Below are positions 37,201 through 46,800 of a DNA stretch of 64,000 nt, in pieces. Under the pieces are notes generated by a model. That model searched no databases, had not been told where the DNA came from, and worked only from the letters and a program-made list of their open reading frames with translations. Made by a program: the position numbers and the translations under genes. This stretch comes from Monocercomonoides exilis PA203. Lineage: Eukaryota; Protista; Preaxostyla. The DNA is taken from assembly GCA_001643675.2 (NCBI GenBank), contig LSRY02000018.1, positions 1,426,001 to 1,490,000 on the forward strand, given 5' to 3'. How positions within the stretch are numbered: position 1 is the first letter of the stretch; each line of letters opens with the position of its first letter.

Positions 37201-40200
37201 CTTTATCCTCTCGAATGCCAATGTGCTGTCGATGACTGACTGTGCGGCTGTGCCAGCTGCTTCGGGTGCTTCTGTTTCGTATTGCATTGTGAAGATCACG
37301 AACGGAAAATTATCTATCAGCAACTTTGTAGTTCCTCTTGCACAGAAATTAACCTTTGACAATGCACCATTTGTTGCTATCAGTGGAAGTGCCTCAGCTG
37401 AACTCGACACTTTGGATATCAATGGAATGACAACAGCTGGCAGCGATGGGCTGATATCTGTTGACTCGACAGGAACCACAACAATCAATAATAGCATTTT
37501 CCACAACACAAATCTAACGAGTTCTTCATTTATCGTAGGTTCCTCGGGAATATATTCGATAACTATAAAGAACACCACTTTCGAAGAAATCAAAAGAACT
37601 GCAGGAGACGGTTCGTGTGTGTTTCTGAACACCAGAAGTGACTTTGTGAGCTCTTTTACGGAAAATAACTGCACATTTAATGGATGTTCATCTGTAGAAG
37701 GAGATGGAGGAATTCTTAATTGTTTTCTTGAAGCAGAAGGATCTTTGGTGATGAACAAAACATCAATTGTGTCTTGTGGAGTGAATGCGGTTAATGGGAA
37801 AGGAGGTGGCATCTATCTCGATTTGAAGGAGAATGTCAATGCCTATTTGTTTTCTGGATTAACATTCAGCAGAAATGAGGCATTTGAAGGGAAAGACATG
37901 TTTGTGAGAAGTGCTGATTTGAACGCCTCAATCATTCCATCTCTGTTTGATTTCGAGTATTTTGGAGCAGACGGAGAGATTAAAGTCGATATGAAAGGAA
38001 GAGACGAAACGCATTTTGTGAGTGTTTCGGCAGATCTGCTGTATTTTTTGGTGAAATATTCTTCGTCAACAATAAGCGTTGGATCGGACGGAATGGACTT
38101 TATCGGGTGCGGCAAGGCAGAAATACCTTGCCACTCGTTGTTGAAAGGTATGCAGCAGATCAGCGGCGAGGCCTTGGCAAAGCTCATCTTGATCACCAAA
38201 TCCACTGAAGTTACCAACACTTTTTCTCTCTCAAACTTCACGATCCGTTCGAGTTCATCGGACGGAGACAAAGATTATAAATCGATTCTTTTTTTTGGAA
38301 AAAAATCCGGAGAAGCGTCAGAGCCGTTTTTACGATGTGAAGGCGAGTTTTCGTTGAAGCTTGTTTCTCTGGTGATTGCGTCATCCTTCAACAATTCAGC
38401 TTCAGAACTAGTATTGTGTGAGAATGGAGTGTTGTCTATTGAAAAATGTTCATTCGTAACAGAAGGTATTTCTGATGACGAACGGAAAATTTTGTGCAAA
38501 TTTGTTACTTGTATGAAAGGAAAGCTTTTTCTTACAGATGTTTCAATGGAATCGGTCAGCATCGCGAAAAGCGCTTTTTCAATTGGATTAATTTTTTGTG
38601 AGATTAGCAATTTCACATGCACATTTATGAACGTTTCTGATGGAAGCATTTTTAGGTTTGGTGAATCGGGAAAAAAGGAAAATGGAAAGATTGTAGATGA
38701 AAAATGTATATTTTCTATTAATGAATCGACAATCACATCCGTGACAAGAGCAGACAACGGAGCATCTGTGATTGATTGTCAAAGAGAAAGAGATATTTCT
38801 ATTGAAGTGAGTGGAACAACTTTGAGCGACTGTAAAGCTATCGAAAACCAAAAAGGAGGAGTTGCTTTTATAAAATTACCAGAAGAGGGCTCATTTTCTG
38901 TTTTGAGTTCAACGATGATCCGTTGCTGCTGCTCGAATGAAGGGAAAGGCGGTGCATTTTATATCGATGCAACGGGAAGTGGATCACTGCATTTCTTGTT
39001 CCAGAGTGTTATATTCACAGGAAATACGGCAAAAGTTGGTAATGATATTTATGTTTCGTGCCACAACATATCAGAACAAATCTATGAAACCCAATTCAAG
39101 TTCGATTTGAGAGAAGGCATCTACGTGAGGCAGAATGCAATTTACGGGATCGACACAACAGATCACACCACCGACACCAATCTGATGGACTTCATCACAA
39201 TCTACCAGGCTGACACCATTGTTGCCTGCTCGCTCCCCGAGAGCAGAGGAAGGAACGAGAGGAAGTGCGGCACATATCTCCTGCCCTGCCTTTCGATCGA
39301 TTATGCTATTGCTCATATCACTGCCGATTTCGATCCCCGCCTCGTGGTTAAAGGCGCCTCACTCATCGAAGACGAGCTGACCCTGGACAGCCTTCTGGTT
39401 GCCTCACGATCCAAGTCCTCGGGTATCATCTCAATCTCTTCGCTTGCAACACAAGCAAGCGAGGCTGTGATCACCACACTCAACACAGTTGCCATCACCA
39501 ATCTATGCTTTGTGTTTGGACACAAATTTTCGTCTTCCCACTCCTCCTTCATCTCTCCAGGCTCGGGTGTTGTCGAGCTGACAAACTGCTCCTTTTCGTC
39601 TGATTCAGCTCTTCCGCTGTTTCCGCTTCTGCGTTTCAGCAAAGGGAATGGCGTGCTGAATGGCTGCCTGTTCTCCTCCCTCTCCCTCAAATCTTCTATT
39701 GTGATTGCGTCCTCATCGTGTTCGGTTGCCATCACCTCCACCAGATTCACCTCCATATCCTCAGCAGGCAGTGTGATGTCTTGCGAGAACAGCAAAGATG
39801 CAGTAATTTCACACACCACATTCACAAACAACACCCTTTCTTCATCTTCCACAAGCTCCTCGACAACTCTATCCGCAGCCTCTGTTGGCAGTCTAACCCT
39901 TGCAAACTGTTCGATAAGTGGATTGTTGCCCCTTGTTAAGAGAGGGATTCTTGCCAAACTGTCACTGTGCAACAATGTGATGTTTGATCTGTGCTTTTTT
40001 GAAGCGGTCATGGAAGATGAAATAAGCAGCAGAAGTAATTTCTCTCAACAAGAGTTGTGCAGATGGAACGGATCGCTTGTGGAGATGGCGAGCAGCACAG
40101 CAGCGATGAAAGACTCCTCCTTTGCAAACTCGCCTGAGGGAGGCCTGTCTTTGTTGGGAGGGAGCACAACAATCGAGAAAGGAGAGTTTGCGAACAATAA

Positions 40201-42064
40201 TCCATCAATCGAAGGATACCCATCAGCAAGAAGGAACATTATGTGTAAAGACGCAGGATCGCTGAATATGATGAGTTTGAAAGGTGGAGACGGGGTGCTG
40301 CCCAACACCTCAATGTGGATACTAAATGAAGGGTGTACTATGGGAGGGATGGCTGAAGAAAGAGAATCTGTTTTCTTTATTCCGTTGCTAGGGTCAGTGG
40401 AGAAAGAAAATGAAGGAACTGCGACAAAGCTGAAGATAAAAGGGCAGCTTCTTTTGCCTTGCAATCTGATATTGAGATTAGTTTTCAGGAGGGGCAGTGA
40501 AGAGCAGATTGAGAAATACGATTTTGACACACATGGGTTTATCTCAGAGAATGAAGTTCACTCATGGGTACCAACAGAAAAGCTGGGAAATATCGAAGAT
40601 GAAACAGAAGTTTCTGTGTCGCTTCAATATAGAGATCCTTCATCTCCGAATTTTTCCAATTCTTTCATTCTGAAGAACAGAAGCGAGCCCAAAGCTAATA
40701 GAGATGAAAGGATTGTTGAAAGAGGAATGAATGAAAAATCGATATGGCCAATAATCGTAATCGTGCTTGTTGTGATTTTGTTTATTATTCTGATTATATC
40801 AATTGTTCTGGCCGTTCGATGGAGAAAGGCAAAGAATGAAGCGAAAGATTTGAGAGAGATTGTGAATGATAATATCAGAAAAGATCCGAAGGCGTTTGAG
40901 ATGGTGACGATGGAGACGTCACCAGAGGAGCAGTGGAGGAGAGCAGAGAAGGAGGCAGAAAAGAAGAATGAAGAGAGAATAAAGAAGAGGGTGTATGATT
41001 CAAATTTGGAACATTCAGAGTCATCTGAGCATCTTCTATCTGAGAGTGGATCGACTGAATACATTCTTGGAAGAGATTCAGACAAGATTCCTGAATGGGC
41101 ATTGGAGAAAGAAGAGGAAGAAGAGATAAGGAAGAGAACACCATCTCCATCCATTTCATCCACTTCAATAACTGATTCAGATTCAACATTTGTTCGGGGA
41201 GAGGATCTGTGCCCAACCACCTCGTCAATGTCGAATCTGGTGGATGCAATGGCATGCTCATCACCACATGAGAAGCTGATTGTGGATTTAAGGGATTCAT
41301 TGTTTATGTTGCTTCATGGAAGGAACGAGACAAAGGAGATGGCGATTGGGAGCTTGAAGGAGAGGGAGCAAACAGCTGCCCAGATCCTGTTCTGGGTGGC
41401 TAATCTCGCTCTTCACTCCTTTGATGAAATGGAAAACAAGCTTCAGTCATTGTCCAGTCTGAGTCCTCACATTGTGTTGTTCTCGGAGCACATGGTGATC
41501 TGCATTGTGATGCACTCTGATTTCATTTCATCTGACGATTCTGATTCATCCTCCATCTCATCATCAACAGTTGTGACAGCAGCCAGTGATGATGATGATG
41601 ACAGCGACTCTCTGCCTTCATCAGCATTTGAGGATGAGGATGATTACAAAAAGGAATGTCTGCGATGGATGGCACCAGAATTGCTGATGAACAGGAAAAT
41701 GGGGGCAACAAAGAAGTCGGTTGTGTTCTCGATTGGGATGATGCTGTGGGAGTGCCTGACGCTGGAGATCCCGTTTGGGGAGTATGAGGCCGAGGTGGCG
41801 GGGCAGAAGATTGTGAATGGAGAGAGGCCAAACGTCGAAGTTATTCCGAAGCCAGTACTGAAAGAAATTATCAAAGGATGTTTAACAGGTGAAACAGCAG
41901 AGAGATATTCCTTATCTGTACTGAAGCGGGAATTCATCCAGCTCTTTCCTCCAGGAACTGTGATACTCACCGTTTCTGATGCAGTGGATTATGAAGAAAA
42001 ATCGGATAAAATCAATAGTCAATTCAGCAGAAGTACTCGAAATGGTTGTAAGGAAAATGCTTAA
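34283..42064 (+). CDS. Giant single-pass receptor-like protein: beta-helix-like/Cys-repeat ectodomain, TM helix, kinase-like (pseudokinase) tail
   Basis: Uninterrupted 2593-aa ORF with a hydrophobic N-terminus, repeated GGA/GGG(I/L/F)Y and FxxN motifs, four CGx4(P/E)C modules, TM IWPIIVIVLVVILFIILIISIVLAV followed by RWRK, and C-lobe motifs RWMAPE / SVVFSIGMMLWE / IPF. Confidence 0.9.
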   Translation: MTFFILLLFLFTETRKEWYSLNCKSLEHLFLNYLPFSISQSGELIIDPQNKEDFRFKSLPTCSYTCDSFICIGFSVVSSINQVVNSSLSVTQLCLHQKRGNALINVRQGSKCRMNLCAVHLNEFSKEPIYSSCSILEFVNLSFSFFSHKNIVSNSMVNLWHESSLIVQSSSFSSITIQMSNPFLASGDFDCVSTSDCCFKNISNLIAPNKEHPFYLKTKESIVFGCNFLGVESPFCSVLAIGRPLSSFVCCNTSFSACTVTEHNRRVFDSSDGDVVVEQTTFNVNGNDMYGGTIYAYGTKSFTIRGCFFDRCNNTHPKGDGGVLCFQNVGPLLIQNCTAEKCNATSGEGLMRIENYFDSVTITNLNSTQCEADLRGVGLILGSTSPVICSSLKMIQSKSRKEEAGALMLYQTFSSITINDWFINSNFAYSIGGGIYVMRNDSIAVNALIFSYCFFVNNSAQIGNDIAFSENYYNIINSSCFLYCFSLSEQNRVWMCTQGYRECTNGEKRNSLLPNPSETVIHVDPTRGSGDVAGCGDFSNECSTLGYSCKQWINSYHLSVKLYSGEYAEDSISLAFQNIIIEKNISSSRITIHTIPSSSAFCTLAGGSLDISGIQIIHSPVSSSDKCIFSEDNEYSVLVLNECSLKADSTSSSFNKPFFVLTKGEASLESCEISSVLFESTSLFTTEKQARLTLSNVKISMISRRIGDGSMFSKAVQAEESFVLSNVSLENCKCLDGNGGALYLELNAHSTTQIGVDSGCLFDTCTVPTDSRKKRKGGGIYLCLREGAGDFQLKSVQFSGCNSWKGKNVFIESAELLRTANANTIGFHPVIGIGITDFDELSGMENGDQSFIFPLALFLRNFTSPAYVSGQTTDNNYRLCGFSDYPCQSVVGASAARFANTKRNIRFLPSFSFRTETLLNSQSYAFDVEKDNTSINVGSSQAKVSEGLLINSVETSFSKIKFVLEASLNGRSAFILSNANVLSMTDCAAVPAASGASVSYCIVKITNGKLSISNFVVPLAQKLTFDNAPFVAISGSASAELDTLDINGMTTAGSDGLISVDSTGTTTINNSIFHNTNLTSSSFIVGSSGIYSITIKNTTFEEIKRTAGDGSCVFLNTRSDFVSSFTENNCTFNGCSSVEGDGGILNCFLEAEGSLVMNKTSIVSCGVNAVNGKGGGIYLDLKENVNAYLFSGLTFSRNEAFEGKDMFVRSADLNASIIPSLFDFEYFGADGEIKVDMKGRDETHFVSVSADLLYFLVKYSSSTISVGSDGMDFIGCGKAEIPCHSLLKGMQQISGEALAKLILITKSTEVTNTFSLSNFTIRSSSSDGDKDYKSILFFGKKSGEASEPFLRCEGEFSLKLVSLVIASSFNNSASELVLCENGVLSIEKCSFVTEGISDDERKILCKFVTCMKGKLFLTDVSMESVSIAKSAFSIGLIFCEISNFTCTFMNVSDGSIFRFGESGKKENGKIVDEKCIFSINESTITSVTRADNGASVIDCQRERDISIEVSGTTLSDCKAIENQKGGVAFIKLPEEGSFSVLSSTMIRCCCSNEGKGGAFYIDATGSGSLHFLFQSVIFTGNTAKVGNDIYVSCHNISEQIYETQFKFDLREGIYVRQNAIYGIDTTDHTTDTNLMDFITIYQADTIVACSLPESRGRNERKCGTYLLPCLSIDYAIAHITADFDPRLVVKGASLIEDELTLDSLLVASRSKSSGIISISSLATQASEAVITTLNTVAITNLCFVFGHKFSSSHSSFISPGSGVVELTNCSFSSDSALPLFPLLRFSKGNGVLNGCLFSSLSLKSSIVIASSSCSVAITSTRFTSISSAGSVMSCENSKDAVISHTTFTNNTLSSSSTSSSTTLSAASVGSLTLANCSISGLLPLVKRGILAKLSLCNNVMFDLCFFEAVMEDEISSRSNFSQQELCRWNGSLVEMASSTAAMKDSSFANSPEGGLSLLGGSTTIEKGEFANNNPSIEGYPSARRNIMCKDAGSLNMMSLKGGDGVLPNTSMWILNEGCTMGGMAEERESVFFIPLLGSVEKENEGTATKLKIKGQLLLPCNLILRLVFRRGSEEQIEKYDFDTHGFISENEVHSWVPTEKLGNIEDETEVSVSLQYRDPSSPNFSNSFILKNRSEPKANRDERIVERGMNEKSIWPIIVIVLVVILFIILIISIVLAVRWRKAKNEAKDLREIVNDNIRKDPKAFEMVTMETSPEEQWRRAEKEAEKKNEERIKKRVYDSNLEHSESSEHLLSESGSTEYILGRDSDKIPEWALEKEEEEEIRKRTPSPSISSTSITDSDSTFVRGEDLCPTTSSMSNLVDAMACSSPHEKLIVDLRDSLFMLLHGRNETKEMAIGSLKEREQTAAQILFWVANLALHSFDEMENKLQSLSSLSPHIVLFSEHMVICIVMHSDFISSDDSDSSSISSSTVVTAASDDDDDSDSLPSSAFEDEDDYKKECLRWMAPELLMNRKMGATKKSVVFSIGMMLWECLTLEIPFGEYEAEVAGQKIVNGERPNVEVIPKPVLKEIIKGCLTGETAERYSLSVLKREFIQLFPPGTVILTVSDAVDYEEKSDKINSQFSRSTRNGCKENA

Positions 42065-43427
42065 AAAGAATGGACGTGCGGAAAGAAGAAACTTCTGATT
42101 CTGTTTGAGACTTTGAAAGATGATGAGTTTTTGCAAGAATTGTGTTTGCTTTAATTGAAATGTTCTTTTTATATTTTGTTTAGCTAAAAGCGTCAATTGT
42201 GTGTTGTTAGTTTTTATTCGTCAGCTATTTAATTGTTTGTCATAATTTGAGAGATTATAACTATTCTCAGAGAAGTTTAAATAAAAAATTCTTTTAGAAG
42301 CGGATTTAAGTTTAAAAATCAAATATCTTCTGTTTAAATTTATTTATTTATTTGTTTGTTTATTTAAAATTGTGTTTTGCTATTTTTTTCGTTTTTATCC
42401 TCATTCTTTCCATTTTGGTTTGGATATTTTAAGTTGTCTTCAATTTTCAATTCGTTTTTTAAGTTGATGAGAATCATTTTTTCTCTCAAAAGGAAATTAA
42501 AATCTCTGGAGATCATTTTACTGTTTCAGTTATTTCTGTTTAGCTTTCAAGAGGTATTTTATGTTTTCTTTCATTTTTAAGAAAAACTTTATTCAATTTA
42601 ATAAGATATTGCTTTTTCATTAAAAATAAAAAAATACGCAAATCAGTTACGAAATTTGTTATTTTTTTTTTTAGTTTTTTGAGAAATTCAGATTAAAATA
42701 TGAATAAATTGAATTTCTCTATTTGGTAATTAATTCCAAAATACAGTTAAAGGTTTCATAAGTAATATTCTTCTTTGAAATTTCATCGACGATAAGAAAA
42801 AAATTCTTCCATTTTATTAAAACCATTATTCGAAAGTTAATGATATGAATAGGTTTGTAAATCAAATAAAAAAAAAAAAACAGATTTCTTAAAGTTAGCA
42901 AACGATTAATGCAAAAAATGTTGAATTCTCTAAATTTTCTTGTATCGATAAACAACTTAAATAAAAACAAATTACAACAAGCATCATGAGGCATTTTCAC
43001 CGAACAAAATACATCAAATTTTCTTTCTAAAAAAGAAAATTTCATGAAACAATAATGAATGATGAATGAATTCAAAATAAGAAGTGTATTTTTTGGTTAT
43101 GCATAACTTTGCACTTATTAAAAAAGCAAAACAAATGTTTAATACATAATAATTTCTATCTCAAGCATCAAACCGAACAGCTGTCAAAATAGGAGATAGA
43201 TTGGTTGGAAAAATATTTGGATAACAGAAAGCATCAACATCGAAAAGCAAGATCAGACATGACAGATAGAATGTTTCTAGATAAATTGTTACAAGAAATT
43301 AAAAATGAATTAAAGAGAATATTATTAATTATTCTCCTGCAACAGCAACAATATTTCATAAGTTTGATAATGAAAAAATACATATTGACTGCTTGAATGC
43401 ATAAATAATCATCTTATAAAAAACGTC

Positions 43428-43428
<1 letters not shown>

Positions 43429-43463
<35 letters not shown>
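43429..43463 (+). repeat. A35 homopolymer
   Basis: Run of 35 A. Confidence 0.9.
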
Positions 43464-43465
<2 letters not shown>

Positions 43466-43829
43466 AAAACAAACAAATAAATAAAGTTGACTCAAAGCTC
43501 CACAACGAATGCTTCAAAAATAAAAATTACTTCTAATTGAACATGAATTAATACTTATAAATTAATCAGAAAGCATTGAAAAAAGTTATTTATGTCTCGA
43601 CAACACAAAAATCCTTATAAAACTTACTAATTAGCTGCAAATCTATTTATTACTGAGATTGATGAAAGCAGCACGAAAAATCTTAACAATTTTCGGTAAT
43701 TTCCTTTCATCTTCTAATGGCATCAAAAAGCCAGATTCAATGGAAAATATTTTATTTTCACACCTATAATCTATAAATTTCTGAACTTGCAATCAACTTT
43801 TTGCGTATCGTCTTCTTCTCTCCAATTTC

Positions 43830-46800
43830 TTATTCGGCGTGCACTTTTCCTCCGTTACAGTTCGTGCTTTCAGTGCCTCCATTTTGGCTTCTAACTTTGT
43901 CCTTTCCGATCATATCCGAATGCGCCAAAAGCTGCGAAAATAGCGAATTCTGGTCTTCCATCAGCTTTTGTGGTGTGTCCATCTCTTTCGCTTCTCCACT
44001 GTCCATCACCAGAATCCTATCGCACCCAACAATCGTGTGCAGCCGATGAGCAATGATGATCGCTGTCTGCCCTGCAAACGATGTCCGGATCGTGTGCTGG
44101 ATCTTGCTGTCGGTCTCTGCATCCACATTTGCCGTCGCCTCGTCCAGCACAACAATCTTGCATTCATCCAGAATGGCTCTTGCCAGGCACATCAGCTGCC
44201 TCTGCCCGCAGCTCAGGTTCAACCCTCCTTCTGCAATATGCGCCTGAAGTCCACCTTCCATCCTCCGCACCGCATCGCCCAGCTCAGCCAGATCCAGCAC
44301 TCTCCACAGCTTCTCGTCGCTGTGTCGGTCTGCAAGATCCAAGTTCGATCGTACCGTCCCCTCAAACAGAGTCGGATCCTGTGGAATAATGGCAATTGAG
44401 CTTCTCAATCTGTTCAGTGCAACTTTTGAGATGTCAATTCCATCAATCAGAATCCTTCCATTGTTATGCAGTTGTGATGGATCTTCTGCAAATGAAAAGC
44501 CACAACCTTCTTCAAGTTGAATATCCGAAGAAGAAGAAGAAGCTGAAACTTGCTTCATCTGAGAGGTGCTTCCTTTCGATGAATGAGAGCTCCTTCCTGC
44601 AGCTATGCTCTTCTCTTCCTCTGCATCATGTGGCATTAGAGCTGGATCCAGCTCCACAAGCCTAAACAGAGCCTGAATAATGCTTGTTTTCCCAGCACCT
44701 GTCCGTCCGCACACCCCAATCTTCTCTCCTCCTTTGATCTTAAACGACACATTCTTCAGCACCAATGGCAGCCCCTTTCTGTATCTGAACGATACATTCT
44801 CAAACTCCATCCTTCCTTCAGAAGGCCAATTTGCTGGTGGCTTAACTTCCATTCGATCTGTTTCCTGTGGTAGCTCTTTGGAATACACCTGGATACGCTC
44901 CAAGTTCGTCATGATCGACTCCACCACCACAGCTGTCGTCACCAGCATTGTGCCCTTCCACGCCAGCTCATTCGATGCAGACACAGCCAGCCCCACACTC
45001 GACGCACTCATAAAATACCACCCAAACAGCGTCACGCCTATTGTAAATAGTGTCGTGAGGAACGTAATCATCAGGCTTGCCCAGTGCATCCCTTCCCTCA
45101 GTAGCACAAACGCTGATGCCCACTCGTCTGCTTTCTGCTGGAAACGTGCCAGCCAAATGCCTTCTCTTTGGAATACTCGGATTGTTGACAAGCCGGATCC
45201 TTCCAGCGTCTCGCTGAACTGCGCCATGAGCGGACTCCTGAAAATGCCCTCAAGCCGCGTCAGGTTCCTCGAAGTGCGAGGGTACACAAGCATAATTGCA
45301 TGGAGCAGCAGCAGCACAAACAGAGCAAATAGCAAAAAGTATGGCCAGTCTATCCCACCCACAATGCATGTGCCAATCACCCCTAGCCACATCTGCAGCC
45401 CATTCACAAACGTCGAAGGCAAGTCGGTGTCTGTCTTCGACACGTCGCTGCTGAACCTGTTCAGGATGCGCCCAGTGGGGGTAGTGTCGAAGAACACAGG
45501 CGGACATTTGACGACATGCGATGCCAGTTCGTTGTGGATCTTAACATTTGCTCTTCGGACAAACACAGTGAATACACCTGCCCGCGCAAACACGAGTAGC
45601 AGAAAGGCCACTGCAAAGAAGCCCATCATGCCCAGCTTCCAGTCAAACACAAGCTGAGGGAAGATTGTTGGCGAGCTGGCGACGTTCATCCAGTAGTAGT
45701 TGAGTGTGTTGACTCCCTCACACACGAGAAGAAGGAGCAGATAGAGCAGAATGACAGGAGGTGGTGCCATCTTCAGCATGTAGTCCACATACACCCTCCA
45801 CGACACACTCGACAGCAGATGCTCTTCTTCGGTGATCATCTTCGACGCTGCTTTGCGCGCTTCGTCTGATTCTGAAGAATCTGCAGCTGTGTTGGTGTTT
45901 TTGTTTGTATCTGTTGGATTTGTCCCTTCGGATGGTGTTGAAGAAGAGAAGGAGGAAGGTGAAGAAGATGGAGAAGAAGATGGCGAAGGTGAAGGAGATG
46001 GCGAAGCTAGAAGTGAAGACATTGAACTTGATGCATCAGTTCCACCTGAAGATGAAGGTTTATTTGCTGATTCTACTTCTGCACTCATTTCAGATTCGGT
46101 TGTTGCAACTGTTTGAGCGCTCGATTCCATCTCAGCAGAAATTGATTCATTGTCTTCTTCCTCTTCCTCTTTCTTATTATTATTCTCTTTCGCTGCTTCA
46201 TCTTCTTCATTATTTTCTTTTGTATCTTTTGATTGAACAACTGATTCCATTGTGTCTTCAGCATTCTTTTCTTTCCCCTCTTTCTTTTCCTTCATCTCGC
46301 TTTCCTTTCCTTTCTCTTTCTTCCTCCACTCCTTCACAAGCCTCATCAAATCGATCCCTTTCTCCTCCAGCTCCTTCTTCGTCCCCTTTGCTACAATTCT
46401 TCCTTCCTCCATCACAACTACCGCATCTGCCCTGTCCGCAAACTGCACCTGATTCGTCGCCAAAATCACTGTCTCTTTCCTCTTCTCCCTCAGCACCTTC
46501 AAAATGCACTCTTCAAATAGCTTCTTCCCCACATGTGCATCCACCGCAGATAGTGGGTCATCCAACAGAATCACATCTGACTCTGTGTATACACACCTCG
46601 CCAGCTGCAGCCGCTCCTTCTGCCCTCCGCTCAGGTTGATCCCTCTCTCCCCAATGGCTGTTTCATCTCCTGCACCCAACACAGCAAAATCAGGCTCCAG
46701 GCAACACACTGAAACGCATTCGTTGTATCGTTCTGTGTCCATCGGACTGTCAAAAAGAATGTTTTCTTTGCATGTTCCATTGAAAATCCATGGAATTTGC

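Noticed and set aside
43429-43463. Poly-A as the tail of a retroposed element
   Set aside because: No target-site duplication or recognisable element body; A/T runs are common across the window.
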